From Amphiscolops sp. MND2022 (taxonomy: Eukaryota): a stretch of DNA of 64,000 bases. Positions 11,417-25,694 of this stretch are shown here, one piece after another; within the stretch, counting starts at the first letter, position 1, and each line of letters opens with the position of its first letter. The stretch lies in contig OZ076409.1 of assembly GCA_964187785.1 (NCBI GenBank), forward strand, positions 63,180,001-63,244,000. The letters run 5' to 3'. The translations under genes and the position numbers were made by a program. The notes below the pieces were generated by a model. The model had not been told where the DNA came from. It made no database searches and saw nothing but the letters and a program-made list of their open reading frames with translations.

Positions 11417-12355
11417 CAGTCCTGTGATAAACGAATGGAACACCTCATTTTTCTGCTCCCATCACTGAAGCTATTGATATTTAAGAGAAATGACTTTGGT
11501 AAACGTTTCTCGAAATTTAATCTAGTTTACATTGGTGTTTGTTTCAAACTTCTATGACAAATATGGCGAACTTAAGTTTAGCTCTCGACACTTCCCGAAA
11601 CTTTCACCTCCCGCATTTCTTGATAAGAATCTTGGCAAAATTTTTGTCAAGAAATTCAAGATTTTGTGGAAGAATTAAGACTTTCCAAGATCTTATCAAG
11701 AAATTCAAGAGGTAGCAGGATTTTTAGGAAAATCCAAGATCTTGGTAAGAAATCCAAGAGTTTTTACACTGGGTTAGCTAGTTCTCAACACTTCTCTATG
11801 TATTATTCAGTTTAGTTTGCAAACCAAGTTTCTAACTTTTGTCTAATTTACAAACAATTTTGATTAGTTTTCGTTTATCAACTGGTTTATCGCTGCTCAC
11901 TGAATGCGATCTCATACTTTGGGCACTTATTGTTTTTACACGTACGAAGAAAATCGATAATCTCCACTGAATCAACTCCGGTACATGTATTAAGATTGGA
12001 TCAGATAATAGACCTAAAAATCTGTGATAATGTTTTTACATGTACACTGTAGGGTACTAAAAATTTACGAGTGTAATTAGTGAATGATTATCCCATTGAA
12101 CAATATGAAAAAGTAAACAATGACTAGTTTCCGCTCCTAATTTAGTCTCCGCCACTGAATTCCCAAAGTTTTACATGTAAAAATCATTATTCGCAAACTT
12201 GTTTCATATTCGTTTTGAGGCTTTGAAAATTGCATGAAAGCTTTTGTTTCTATCATATTTTGGAACATTTGACAGTTTTTGAGAATTTTGCAAACTCATC
12301 AAGGGTACCAAACTTAATGACCAAACAGGGGTTCCATTCTTTCATCACATGACTG
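11417..12355. mobile_element. Tc1/mariner-type non-autonomous element, containing a nested CAAGA-rich element fragment (~11610-11773)
   Basis: TA|CAGTCCTGTGATAAACGAATGGAAC ... GTTCCATTCTTTCATCACATGACTG|TA: imperfect TIRs and a TA TSD. Confidence 0.7.
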
Positions 12356-15300
12356 TACGTGTTTCCTTAATGGCTATGGAAGCATGAACATTTACAACTT
12401 ACGTGTGAGGTCTCTCAAAGTAAGATATAAAATGAGTCGATTAAAAAAATCGAGAAATAAACTTTTTCGTAAGTGCAAGTTGGGATGTTTTTTTAACAGA
12501 ACCTTCAAATCTTATTGATGAGATTTAAAAAAAAACAACTTTGAACTGAACTTAGAACTTTATTCCTTCAGAAAGACAATGGAACAAAAAGTTGTTGTTG
12601 CTGGAATTTATATTTGAAATGACTCAAGAATAGTTTTATCTTTCAAACGTTTTTCTTTTCAGAACAATTTCAACATCGATTGAATCCATGAATTCACAAT
12701 AAATCTGTGGATTCACTGTAGAAATTCGAACGTTTGCTCTGAAGTTCACTAGAAAACGAAAAATTGCGCCCCACTTGAGGCTCAAAGCTAGCAAAAATTG
12801 TTGAAGAATTTTTTCAAACGAAACCCATATTTAGAGTTGTTATTTTAGTTCTTTGGATCTTCTTTAGTTCTTAGGTTTCTAGAACTGGTTTGGTCACTTC
12901 AACTGAATTGAAGAAAAAAGAAAACAATAAAGCGAAAGGCATAACTCAGTGCCCCGCTTGATGCTTTATTCTTCATTGAACAGTTTTTGAATAACTCTCA
13001 ATCTCATAAAGTAGAAAAAACTAGAAGGGGGACACTTTGAGCTTGGAAAGTTTTACTCCAATTTTTCTAAAAGTTTTCATTCTAGAACGCTGAAGGCTGT
13101 ACAGCTGAAAGCTGGATACTTTGAACTCTCACAGTGCTGAAAGAAAACGTTTGCCATTAAAATTGCCTATTTCTTACGGAAAAGTCAGAAAAACACTTTG
13201 ATGGACGGAAAATGTTTCTCCTAAAAGTCGCACAGTGCTGAAATTGAACTGAAATAGGGCTTCAAATCCGATGAAAAGTACCTTTTAAAATTAAAGTGAG
13301 GATCTTTTGAATGACATTTGGCATTGTGGCATTTGGTACTTTCATAGTCACTTCGAGCGTATGAAAAAAAACACGATGAAAAGCCTATGCAATAGTCGCG
13401 TTTTATATCATAAAGGATCTAACACAAAAGTCCATGTTGGAAACAACAACGAATCTGAGAGATTCTTTAGCCCGTTTCTTACAAATGGCTATCGATTATC
13501 CATGACTGATTTACTAACTTCGAGCTGTTTTCCTCGAGATTCAACAAAATGAAAAATTTTCGGATTCAAAAACAGTTCAAGCTTGAATTTTTGTTCGCAA
13601 CTTGTTAAATTTTATCAGTGAGCAACTAAGCGCATTTAAAAGCTGTGACTTGTCACGAACCTGGTTGAAACTTCTTGAACTTTTTGCAAGTTTTCGTAGG
13701 CTGCCACGGAAACATATAATTTTGAAAAACTTTCGCGGACGTTTCCATGCACTAAAATTTTAACGTTTTAAAAAAGCATTGAATTTTTTGAACTTTATCA
13801 AGCTGCCTAAAAGATGCATCCTAAACTTGGTGGCAATTCATAGCCAGTTCAACTAGTTTTAATTTGCAGTAGTGTTTTTCAAATGCAACTGAGACCTTAT
13901 CAATTTTACAACCATTTTAATGCAAATCAACTTCAGTCGCTGTAAGTTTCAAAATAACGTCATAATCAGCGTGCAATCTTACTAATGGCGGTTACAGAAG
14001 TTGAATAATTAAGAAAATGAAAACAAAGCGATCGAGATGACGAAAAAGTGGAAATATTTTCAATTGAAGCAATGGACGCTGCGTTGTGATCCAACAGCAT
14101 CTTTCCAAGCATACTCGAGGAACTTTCCATGTTTTTTTATTTAAAAAATGGCGTTGTATGCATGAAAGCAGCATGAACAATTTTCCAGCAGATTCTACTC
14201 AGGAATTCAATTTATTTTCATTCAGATGCAGCTTTGTGCCGAATTATTTAACATAAAGCAACGCCTCTATGGTTCGAATCAGAAAAAGTGTTTGTTCAAT
14301 TTGTGATTTTTCACTGACAGCATTTTTATTGAAATAAAGTCTTTTTGATGGAAAAATCATATCTGTAGGCGACAGTTGTGTTTCAAATCTTGCAAAATCT
14401 TGCAAATGAGGAACTTGCATCAAAAATTAGCAAGTGTTCTTGCACAAATCTCAAAACCTTTGTTTATTGTTTGAAATTTATCCGCATTTTCATTGCAAAT
14501 TTTGCGGGGTCTTCAAAAAGTGCTCCAAAACATTTTCTGCTCAGCTTTGGATTCGTGTCAGGAAAAAACGTTCAAAATCGGGACCTAATCAACGATGTTT
14601 GTCAGTGTTTTTGAGCATCAAGACTTCAAACCATTTTTCTCAATCTCAAATATACAAATTCAGTTTATTTACAGTATCTGGAACACATTAAAAGTATGAA
14701 AAAACTTGCAGAACTTTTTTGTGTTTCATTCCTGTTTTAAAAAATTCACAGCCAAAGTTGATAATAGGAATTTTCCCTCCTTTTTTATCTTTATGGGAGA
14801 ATTTTCCTCTTTAAATTTATTCTACTATGAACTTAAAGGGAGAAAGATTTCATTAGTTTATAATTCCTGCCGAACCATGTTTTAGCACTACCATTCATCG
14901 TTCTCGGTGAAAAAATCGACATATGCCCTTTTAGCTTCAACCGTTGTTCTTTTAGAACTTGACAGAGAATAGATGAATCATGAATGCTATTTGAATGCAA
15001 CTGGAAACTTTTAAAGTTCATTTCCCAACACTGATAATCTTCATAACAATAGAGCATAACAATAGTTGATTGAGCTCAACTTTGCTTATCTTCTTAGAAA
15101 TCGCAATCTTGAAAACAAGGGGAAAATACTAATCAAGTGATAATTTTCTTATTCGGCGTCACAGAGGAAAACCACTATTTGTTAATTATTTCATTTTTTT
15201 CATCTGTCTGACAAACTTGCGTTTTTTATCTGAAAAAAAAACAATATTCGATTGTGCAGGATTTTTCAATTCAATGGGTAATTTTGTAATGAATCTTACG

Positions 15301-15374
15301 AATCCTAGAATGTATCAGAATCAGCACGGTACCGGAGGCATGGCAAATTTCGACCGCAACTGAGAACTTCATTA

Positions 15375-15680
15375 CCATAATGTCCGGTGTATAAGCCCCG
15401 ATTTTTAAAATTTGAGTAGGGGCTAAATTGAGGGAAGGGCGTATATGCCAAATTAAGTCCAAAATTCTGAAGAATCGGAACCCGATATTGTTCCAGTTCA
15501 CCATTACGATTGTGGCTGATTTTATTTTTCTGGAAGATTCGGACTTTTACCCCTAGACGATTTCTTAGTTGTTCTCATAATTCACAATTAAAAACTTTTT
15601 TTTTCAAATTTGGGGGCGAGTACACCCAAAAGTTGGTGTTTGCGGCTCGAAATCAGGGGGCTATACGCCGGACATTACGG
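15375..15680. mobile_element. Tc1/mariner-superfamily MITE
   Basis: TA|CCATAATGTCCGGTGTATAAGCCCC ... GGGGCTATACGCCGGACATTACGG|TA. Confidence 0.75.
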
Positions 15681-15975
15681 TAAAAGCATTTTGAAATTTC
15701 AGAAGCATTCTTAGCGTTTAAAATCTCAACTAACCACAAAGAAAGAATCCAAGATTTTCATGAGATCTTTTCAACATATCTATGATAAAAACCCAATATC
15801 CTGTCAAAATATCCAAAGTTATAACCAAAAAATATTATAGTTAATCCTTCCAACATCTATTCAAGACTTTCAAATTGTCATATACTGTGCTCAAATTATA
15901 TACCCCTTAAAGGATTAATTGAATGAACACTATTCCTTTTTATTTTTTTCAGTTTCCGGAATCTTTGCATTTCAG

Positions 15976-16131
15976 GAGCCACAGAGTGATGTTGAGGCTT
16001 CAAAAACCCTGGACTCAGTGGCGGTTCTGGTTCAGAAGGCCAAGCCATGGGACCATTCGCCAGAGTCTCTGGAATACGCGGCCACTGTGCTGAGAAATCT
16101 GGTCAAGAGATACATCGTCAGGTCGAACGAC
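15976..16131 (+). CDS. Adhesion GPCR exon: GAIN subdomain A helices
   Basis: TTTCAG| and |GTAAGA; 156 nt, phase 0-0; EPQSDVEASKTLDSVAVLV..LEYAATVLRNLV. Confidence 0.8.
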
Positions 16132-16495
16132 GTAAGAAGTTTTTCATTTCATAGGTCTAGTAGTTTGCGACTCGAGCAATTTGTAGTTTTATATATGTAC
16201 ATTATGTACGTCTTGCAAAGTTGAGCAGCAATCCAACTGAAAATAAAGTTTTGGGCCAGTGAATTATTTGCATGTTTGATCAATTTTTTCCTTGGTGTAG
16301 TTGTGCTGTAAATAACACCGTTTCTGAATGATATAAATTGTCGATGACTCAAACTGCTGTAAACGACAGAGTACTCATCCATAAATATCAGTCATGATTA
16401 CCGAGTCCACTTGGGTTTGGACCAAGCGAAGCCTTCACCTATACTTTAGAAGTTTAAACTGCAGTTTATTCTGAAAAAGCGTGCTTGTTGTTTAG

Positions 16496-16590
16496 ATGGC
16501 CATGAAGTATCTGGATATAGTTGACAGCCTGCTTGAGATTCGAGATCAGTTGCGATTCGAGGCGGAAGTGAGATACAGTACCATCAGCAG
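16496..16590 (+). CDS. Adhesion GPCR exon: GAIN subdomain A
   Basis: TTTAG| and |GTAATC; 95 nt, phase 0-2; MAMKYLDIVDSLLEIRDQLRFEAEVRYSTIS. Confidence 0.8.
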
Positions 16591-17022
16591 GTAATCAGTA
16601 TTGATTTATTCGTGTTTCAGGAGGAAATTATGCATGGTCCTGTTTTTTTCAATTTCTTTTACATTTTTCAGGATCACCACAAATCTACTCTTTCCATACT
16701 TTTTAATGACTTTTTAAAGAATTCTATGGCTTCTGGTATTCTAATCATTTAGATTACCTATGTAAGATTTCGAATAGAGATAAAAAGCGTTTCCTATGAT
16801 GTAAACGAACAATTTCTACCTTATAGTTCCAATATTTCCGAAACAACGTGTTCCATTTCCGTCTTCATCCTTCGCAAAGCGGATTTCCATGCAATTTTGT
16901 ACTTGAAACCATATAGTTCCACTCGAAATTTCAAAAGCCATTTCCAAAATCATTTTGACCACGGTTGATCTCCATACAAAAATCAAAAAGTATAACATAA
17001 AATTCGAAGTTATGTATGGTTA

Positions 17023-17873
17023 CCCGGCGTTTGACATCTTGAATATCTTGCCAAGAACTTAGGAAAATCTTGAATTCCAGAATATCTTGGAGAAATCTTA
17101 GGTTTATCTTGACATCTTGAATTTCTTGGTAAGATCTTGGATTTCATCTTGGATATCTTGACAAGATATTGGATCTTGGAAATCTTGTAAGATCTTGGAT
17201 CTTGAATATTTTGGCAAGATCCTGGATTTTGTCTGGACATCTTGAATATATTGAGTCCTGTCACGTGTGTTATATAAATCCACATAAGTAGAGAGCCTCC
17301 ACCTCAATGGGGGACATTGTTCATTTTCTGGAAACGTTGCTTGCAGAAGAACTAAATGTTTGACACCGTCACTTGGTGTAGTTTCAGTTTTAGGTGTCTC
17401 TGCTTCTTGATACAAGTATTGTTTTCTCGAAAGATTCTGAGACGGGACACTTCTGTTCCCTATGTTTTGCTTTGTTTTGTTTGGTTTTGACTTGCTGATC
17501 TGATCTTTTTGGGACTCGATGGAGGCCACGTTGTTGTCGTGAGTCCTATCACGTGTATTATATAAATACACATCAGCAGAGAGCCTCCACCTCGGAATAA
17601 GGACATTGTTCAGTTCCTGGAAGCGTTGCTTGCAGAAGGATTACATTTTCGACAAATATATTCTTGGAATTTATCTTGGATTTCTTGGTAAGATCTTGGA
17701 TTTCATATTGGATATCTTGACAAGATCTTGTATTTCATCTTGGATATCTTGACAAGATCTTGGATTCTATCTTGGATTTCTTCGAAGATCTTGCCAGAAG
17801 TTGCAAGATCTTGGAAGATCTGGAAAGAGCTTGGCAAGATCTTGACAAGATATTCAAGATGTCGAACGCTGGG
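17023..17873. mobile_element. Non-autonomous TIR element with CCC..GGG ends and CAAGAT/ATCTTG subterminal repeats (CMC/EnSpm-like)
   Basis: TA|CCCGGCGTTTGACATCTTGAATATCTTG ... CAAGATATTCAAGATGTCGAACGCTGGG|TA, giving a 2-bp TSD. Confidence 0.8.
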
Positions 17874-19526
17874 TATGAAATCAGTTGTCATTCCACGACC
17901 ATGCAAGGGAAAAAACTATGGAAGTCATACAATGATCGTAGTGCGGTAAGCGTGTTTTTTCAAATTATAATCCTCGCAGGGAACAAATTTTTCCCATAGT
18001 TTTGTCCTTTCAATGAACGAATTTTCCCATATATGGCATATAATGAAGAAATTAGTATGAGGAAGTCATTTAAAGAATTTGCTAAAGAATTTGCCAATGT
18101 GCCGATTTTGGATCAAAAACGTGAGACGTTATCAGACTCACCAATTTTTGGTTTCTACTTTTGATATATTCATGGCTATTTTCGAATGAAGCAGCACAAA
18201 TCTCACTCAAAAGTGGGTATGCTGCAACAAAAGGCTCAAAGGATTACGTACCAAATAGCATTAGAGCGAACATAAGTAAAATTAAATCAGTTCCATTCAT
18301 CATTAATTTATTATTTCGACAGCAAAAGTGGTTCTATGACTCGACCTTCCTCCTTCCTACAGGTCGGCTTTCGTCAAAGCTAGCCACTGTATCAATAGTG
18401 GCACATCGCTTCGTTTCGCTCCTGCATTTAGGAAAAATGAAAGTTTGTTTAGTGAAATTAATTTCGTGTTTATGTCATTTGCTCTTTTGCTGTCTGGGAA
18501 TCCACCGGTGTAGCTCAATTAGACGACCACTCAATTTGCCGATTGCTCAATTGAACAACTATCAACTGTGTTTAAAATAATATTGGTTGACATACTCTTA
18601 TTACGTTACGCAATCGTTATCAGTAGTGTGCGGATTTGAAAATGTAGCGCAAGCAAAATTGATCAATCGAACTTTCAGCCAGCTGAGCAATCGTCCAATT
18701 GTACGATTACACAATGAGTACACTTTCAATGCCAGAGGTCAAAATCTAGTGATCCCTGGCGCCACCTTCATCATTTACAGCAGATACGTTTTTTTATGTA
18801 AAATTTTTGTTTGATTTAAGACATCATGATCATACATGAATATGTAAGAGAAACATGGATGTCAAACGATGACCGTATATGAAAAAATGGAAGTTATAGC
18901 AAGAGTATAAACTGTTTTTAGTCGACGCATTTTCCTTTAAGGAAAAAAGCCGACTATTACAGTGGCAAGTTTTGGTTCTTTTTATTTCGTTCTTTTTATT
19001 CGATAACAGAATGTATGCGTAATGGACACTTTTTGCAGAACTACTAAACTACTGGACCGGCAAGCGGAAACGCAAAGTCAGTGCATAGTTTCTCAGTTTC
19101 AAGGGCAACCTATCATTTATTTTATAGTTCTGTGGGACAGATGAGAGTTTTCTCAATAATTGTGCAAAAGACGTACGATTTTAATTCAATTTTTCGGTTT
19201 TTAAAATTGAGTTTGCTGAATATATGTCCACCAATACTATCACCACCAGATTTTTGTCAATTATATCCGAATTATGACGTAATATCCGAAGTAAATTGCG
19301 TTCTACTAAGGAGATATAGCGCCGACTTTAAACGTTCCCGTGTTGTTCATTCATGGCAACTAGTTTCCATCCATACATAGAAACAAAGTATGAACTTCAT
19401 ACTTTGTTGAACATGTCACCTCACCCGGGAAACTATTTGGTTCCATCAGTACAAATTGAATCGAAGCCTCGTTCGAATCCGGGCAAAAAGTGTTTAATTT
19501 CGATGTGAAAACTGCAAATTTTTCAG

Positions 19527-19680
19527 GTTGTTATTTGACTTGAAAACATTCATGAACAGCTTCGTGACCGCTGACCTCCCCAACCCTACTATCTTCACCC
19601 GTCCAAACATCAAGACCATCTGGGTCACTTACGACGTAAGCGAGGACAAAGGTCGACGAGCCTCATTCCGATTTGCACAG
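19527..19680 (+). CDS. Adhesion GPCR exon: GAIN A/B junction
   Basis: TTTTCAG| and |GTCAGT; 154 nt, phase 2-0; LLFDLKTFMNSF..IFTRPNIKTIWV..RFAQ. An alternative in-frame donor lies at 19635/19636. Confidence 0.78.
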
Positions 19681-20737
19681 GTCAGTTCAAACTCATAACT
19701 CAAGTTTACTACCATCAGTAATTCCTACATAACTGTTACTTATGACTAAACATATATCAAAAGTTATGATTAAATTCCGGAAACTACTACCACATGGCAA
19801 GATAATACGACTCCAAGTATTGCAACCAAGTGATCAGTTCATTATCGACTCGAAGCTATGGTTTCAGCACAACTTGTTCAATGCTACTAAGGTCATTATT
19901 GCTCTTTTTGCTGTATTTACTTCACAAATGCATTTTTATCATGACCATAGATTTGAACTAAGTATTAATTCAAGATGTTTTAAGTCAACAACAGTGTCAG
20001 CTAAATAAATCTTCTTGATTTTGGTCCCACTTTTTACATGACAAAAATTATTTGGCAGAAAAGTGAATTTTGTCTTTTTTTTTAAAAAAAAACATTGAAT
20101 TCAAGGATTAAGGAAATTTTAAAAAGGAAAAGAGACAAACTTCATTCACAGCGATATTCTCTCTAATTCTTCACACTTTGTCCGAGTTGTTCTAATTGCA
20201 ACTCGTTATTTGATTTGAAGTGTAATTCTTGTTTTGATAATTTCGTATGAGTAATATTTCAATTTTGGCTACCATTCGGTTTTACAGATGACAATTAGGT
20301 TTTTGATGAAACTATTCCGTAAGAAACTGAAGTACTTTCAGCATCAAAAACAAAATGGAATGTTTTTCAAGCTCGTAAGCCTTGACACATGATACATAAG
20401 CAATCCGTTGAATGTTTAGAGGAGTTGGGAGGGGAAATTTTCAAAAGTAGGTTATCCCTCGAAAAATTATGACTTTGCTGGTTAAAGCACAATTCTCTTA
20501 GGTAGCCCAGAAGATTGTGTTGTATTCATTTCATTATTAGAACCGGGTATTGAATATGATTAATTATTGCGACAAATAATTAAAAGAGACAACTTTTTGT
20601 TCTAAATCGAGCAAAGCTTCATAGTTCCAGAACTCGGTGAGCTTCCTCTGGCCAATCTTGTAGGTATACACTGTAGTTTCCAACATTGTAATTCAAGACG
20701 AAAACAAATCCGACTTTCTTAACGACACGGACACGAT

Positions 20738-21209
20738 CAGAGGTGTAAAAATTTATATTGTATTGCAATATATTGCAATTAAATACAATTAATATACTTA
20801 TTTAGTTGGAGCAAAAATACAATATATTTATTGAAATAAGGCAAATATTGTCAGAGCTCTACAATATATTGCGCAAAAAAATTATTGCAGAATAGAAATA
20901 AAATTCATTTAATATGCATTTCAAACGGACTATAGAAATGAAAGACTTAGACTATTAAGGGAGAAATTCACTAAACTTTTCGCTTCCTATTAATTTCGAG
21001 AAGATAGTCTTTCTTTATACAAATAAACAACATTGGGAGGTTTGCCGTGCAAATGAATGTTTCTCTGCCCAATAAAATATTTCACAATCTATTGTTTTTC
21101 CAAAATATTGCATGACAATAAATACAATATATTTATTGCTGAAATTGACTCAAACAATATATTTATTTTTTTGAAAAAATATATTTAAATACAATATTTC
21201 ACACCCCTG
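20738..21209. mobile_element. hAT-type MITE
   Basis: TIRs CAGAGGTGTAAAA / TTTCACACCCCTG; 8-bp TSD GACACGAT / GACACGAA. Confidence 0.75.
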
Positions 21210-21693
21210 GACACGAAATGATGACACGGGTACATCAATCAACTGTAATCACCGCTTTCTCCAAGGCCGAGTCATACAACAAACTTTTTGACTTCATTTT
21301 ATTAACAGAATTTTAACCCAGGATTTTTTGTCTAAGAGATTTTAACTTATGAGATTTTAACCTAGATTCTAACTCAAGAGTTTTCAACTTGGAAAATTTT
21401 AGCCCAAGGCATTTTGACATGTATTTCTCAAATAGAAAGAAGACGCTAGTTTGCCGTTTATGACGTGACTAATTCCATTTTGCATGGGAATAGCATTAAA
21501 AGATTACCAGAAAACTCAACATAAGAAAATTCAACACAGAAAACTCAACACACAAAAACTCAACACATTTTAGGCTACTGACTACATGTATAATATATAA
21601 TAATAGTGATATATATTATACATGTATATTCCTTGTGCGTACTGCTCATAATTGATTGGTTTGGCGCGTTGGCTTTTACAAAATTCAACTATA

Positions 21694-22233
21694 CCCAGTG
21701 TAAAAACTCTTGCAGCTCTTGATAAGAATCTTGGATATTCCTGGATTTCTTAGTAAGAGTCTTGCCAAGATTCTTACCAAGAAATCCACGAATTTGCAAA
21801 ATCTTGCAAGATAGTGCCAAGAAATTCAAGAGAAAAACTGATAAAAGTGATTGAAAACAAACAAAAACCGACGCCAACTGCAGCTTGATGAGTGTACCTA
21901 TTATGCCGCAGCTTTCCGCGCTACCAACCAAGCTATCACGTTCTGAAATTCAATACTTTGTGTTGTCCTATATCCAATACTTCATAGAATGATTGTGTAG
22001 CTGGTAGTGCGAACAACAGCGAAGTATTTGTAAACAAAATTACTCTTTGTTTTAAAACTTATTTATTCTCTTGACACTCTTGATAAAACTCTTACCAAGA
22101 GTCTTGTCAAGAATTTCAAGAGGTTTGTGTGAAGCAAGAATAAACAAGATCTTACCAAGACTTTCAAGAGTAAACGGGAATATGTAAGAATATGCAAGAT
22201 CTTGGCAAGAGTTCCAAGAGTTTTTACAGTGGG
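21694..22233. mobile_element. Non-autonomous CCC..GGG TIR element with CAAGA repeats (CMC/EnSpm-like)
   Basis: TA|CCCAGTGTAAAAACTCTTG ... CAAGAGTTTTTACAGTGGG|TA. Confidence 0.8.
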
Positions 22234-23949
22234 TATCCATTGATAATTAAAGTACAGATGCGTTATTAAGCGTGTAATGTAATGTGAAATAATGAATTTT
22301 ATGTGTCTTTGAAACACATAAAAACATTTAGAGGATAATGAAAAACTTTCTTCGTTCTCGACAAACTGTTGGACTAACTGGGGTGAAATGTTATTTGTGT
22401 CATATAGTTTTTTCCGAGCCACCAGGAAATAAGTTACTGGAAAAAAGTGAAAACTTGCAGAAAACTAAATTTCAAAAATTTTGCTTTTTCTCAATAACTA
22501 AGCAACTGTTTGCTAAGTTATTGTCCTTAGCAAAGGTTAGCAGCTAAATTGCTGTTATTTACTCCGTTAGGCCACCATTAGGAACGCATAAAAATCTTTT
22601 TTCAATGAAACTTCAGCTGTGAGTACAACCAGCATTTGAAAGGCCCGGTGGCGCCAACTTCCAGCCTAATTAGCAATTGAAAGCTGAGGTAAAGGGTTCA
22701 TGAACAGAAAACCGATCTGATCTGCAGCTATTATTTGTGGAGAAATTAATTTTGATTTTAAAAAATGTTCGTCAATTTTGCAACTTCTCGGTGTACTTTC
22801 GAGGTTTAAAAAAGTCCAATACTACAGGGAAACATTCCCGCGTGAAAATTTCCCTACAAGTTTTAGAAAATCAAAAAAGTCATTTCACATTTTCAAAAAC
22901 ATGTTAAAAGTTCAAGCAATTTAAACAAGGGACATTGAAATCCTTTTTCTGACGCTCGAACTAATACGTCAGCTCAAATAGAATTTATAAGAAAGGAATA
23001 ATCATTTTCTGCAAATATTGCCGCCTATGATCTACGTGTACACTAACTTTGATGAGCGTTCATAGGCTCTTTTGATGATGGGACTGTTGAAAAGAACTTC
23101 AACTAATTCGGTGCTTTAATCTAGTTTCAGCTGGCGAGATGCAAGGCATAGGAAATGAGTGAAACCCATTTTATTCACATCACGATTGACCAAAAGTATA
23201 GTTGATCAGAAGAAAGACAACTTCGCCATTATAAATTATTGAAGAAATAACGCGTTTTGTCTCCTTCAGACACCGAACTCGAATCAATGGTTATTCTAGC
23301 AGTGAACAACGTGAAATTTCAGGTTTCAAGGTCAAAATACGATATCGATATACTTGCCGGAGCCCATTTCCTATCGTTCTCAAGTTTCTTAGGGCCACGA
23401 CAATGCAGTTTGGTTCAGTGCATTATCTGCATGTAGATACATAATTTTATGCAAAGTATTGTCGAATTATCTTATACAACTCATTTTTTTTAAACTTTAT
23501 GATCAATCCAGGATAAAAGCCAGAATATGTTTAAACAAATAGAAAGAAAACCGCCCTGTTTTACAAAACATCTTGTCGTTAAAGTAAAACCAACCGTAAT
23601 CCGATTGGACAAGGATTATCTGAGGCTGATGATCGAGACATACCCTATATCATGTATTAATTGCATAAATATTAACATACTTCTAATTTTAACAGTAATT
23701 TTTCCTAGCTATCCCTTCGAGATTCTCTGAGAAAGAACCTCGGTTGTAATTTTTGTTTTGTTTTGCTTTTAATAGACATTAAAGAGAGAAAATCATCACT
23801 TAATCTGGTTGGTTATGATAGAATACCGAAGAAGACCCATTAAAAGTTTTTCTTTCTGTCAAAGACTTGCACGAGGGCTTGTATGCATATTTTTTAAAAA
23901 ATCAAAAATTAGCGAACAGTGTCAAAACTACAAGAATTTTCTAAGTCCA

Positions 23950-24355
23950 CGGCCTTGTTCGTTAGTGGCATAGCTCATATCAAGCCATAATTCATATCAA
24001 TTAGGGAAAAGCGACTCATATCAAGTTTGCCAATAGGTTAGAAATACCTAATTTTTACTTCAAGAACAAATTATTAACAAACATAATCAACTGCAATTAG
24101 AAATTCCAAAGTTACACTTTTATTTACCATGAATTCTTGTTACTATTTTATAAATTCGAATAATTACTTATCAATTATCCAATTTTCTCTAATTATCTAA
24201 TGAATTATTTCGAATAAATTGTCTTCTATAGATTTTTATTTTCTGATATGAGTTTTGATTGATATGAGTTATCATTTGATATGAGTTGTCGCTTCTTCAA
24301 ATTGATATGAGTCGTCGCCTGATATGAGTTGTCGCTTGATATGAGTTGTCGCCGT
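23950..24355. repeat. Probable MITE with inverted subterminal arrays (CTCATATCAA on the left, TGATATGAGTTGTCG on the right)
   Basis: About three copies on the left and about six reverse-complement copies on the right. The exact termini are unclear. Confidence 0.5.
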
Positions 24356-25529
24356 ACGTCGTTAATACCGCTTAATTCTGAAAAAACCGCGGAAAATTAG
24401 AAGGATGACAAAACTTCTTCTTGTGTAATGTATTTTGAGATAACTCGCTGTGAAAATTTTCGAGTGCAGTATTAGCTGGATTTTTTGGTTGGCGCTTTCT
24501 GTAAGAAAATGTGCCAAACTGTTTCGAAGATTAACTGTTTTTCCCTCTTTTTTTATCCAAACTACAGAGCTCAAGTGATCCCTTTTTTCCACACATAAAA
24601 TCTAAAGCATGCACAAAAAGGCCAAAGTGTCCCATTTGGAGTATTTCGCAGTTTTGATCAACAAAACTATATGAGATCAAAAATCCTTTTTGCTTAACTT
24701 CAAGTGTTAACGCAAATGCTCTGTTAGACCAAATGCTCTGTTATATTTCTAAAAACTTTTGCCAAAGGGTTCTTTTTGGTGCTTTTGATGTTTTCAATGC
24801 GAAATTTGTAAAAGCAATTTTTGTCTTCAAAAAGCCCCTTTTAATTTTTTTCAGCACTGAGGTTTTAAAAAATTTTCATGAAGACAACTTTTGAACACAT
24901 TTGAAAGTCTTTCTGCTTTTCGAACCGCGCGAGAACATGAACACTCTTACAAACTTAACTAACTTTAGTTTAATTTTCACCACATTAGTTTCACATAGAT
25001 GTTCAGTAAATTTCAACTACAGCTACTATAATGATCATTTGAGATGACAGAAACGATCTAAGATCGTTTCAATATTTCCTTATAAAGTGTTGTTCACTTC
25101 CCAAATCGATGATTTCAATTTTATCAGTTCGTATATATGGATTTTTTATTATAACTTCTTCAATTTCCTCTCAAACCGAAAACCTTCATATGACACTGAT
25201 CATATGACATTGAATACCTCTTATGCAAAATCATCATTTGTAAAGATGCAAAATCATCATTCTCAAAAAACAATCAAACAATGATACTTTCACGCTCGAA
25301 TTTGGAGTAACCATTTGGACTGTTACTCGGATTTCATATTCAGCAATCGTAGCAACCTAGAAAAATGAATTACAAATTTCAAAAACCAAAATTTTGTTCC
25401 AAAATTTTTCAGTTTTAAAAGAGTCTCAAAACTGGGGCAACTTTTCTGAAACAAATGCAATAGACTTTGATAGCTACTGAAACGTTTTTTGTTTGTTTCA
25501 CCTTATTTTGATTTCTCACAATGCTTCAA

Positions 25530-25688
25530 AAGGGCAGCAGGAATAACGTCTAAGGAATAACGTCTAAAGCCAAGTCATTCTCTTTCCCAATTTTAGTTCA
25601 TTGAATTTTAGATGTTATTCCTTCAGACGTTATTCCTTTAGACGTTATTCCTTTAGACATTATTCAATTAAGCGTTATTCGCGCCCCT
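25530..25688. repeat. Small foldback element with GAATAACGTCTAA / TTAGACGTTATTC arrays
   Basis: Two left copies and four to five inverted right copies, with AGGG..CCCT ends. Confidence 0.55.
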
Positions 25689-25694
25689 AATTAC

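Noticed and set aside
17010..17999. ORFs rich in QD/KI/SR residues (also at 21.7-22.4 kb and 54.9-55.2 kb)
   Set aside because: They are translations of CAAGAT/ATCTTG repeat arrays, not genes.
20288..23321. Small candidate exons at ~20288-20318, ~20624-20662 and ~23270-23322
   Set aside because: They can be chained in phase but have weak sites and no recognisable motif. Exon 19527-19680 already joins 26205 in frame. RNA data are needed.
24246..24355. Short regularly spaced repeats resembling a CRISPR array
   Set aside because: The units are ~15-25 bp without unique spacers, there are no cas genes, and the context is eukaryotic. They look like subterminal transposon repeats.
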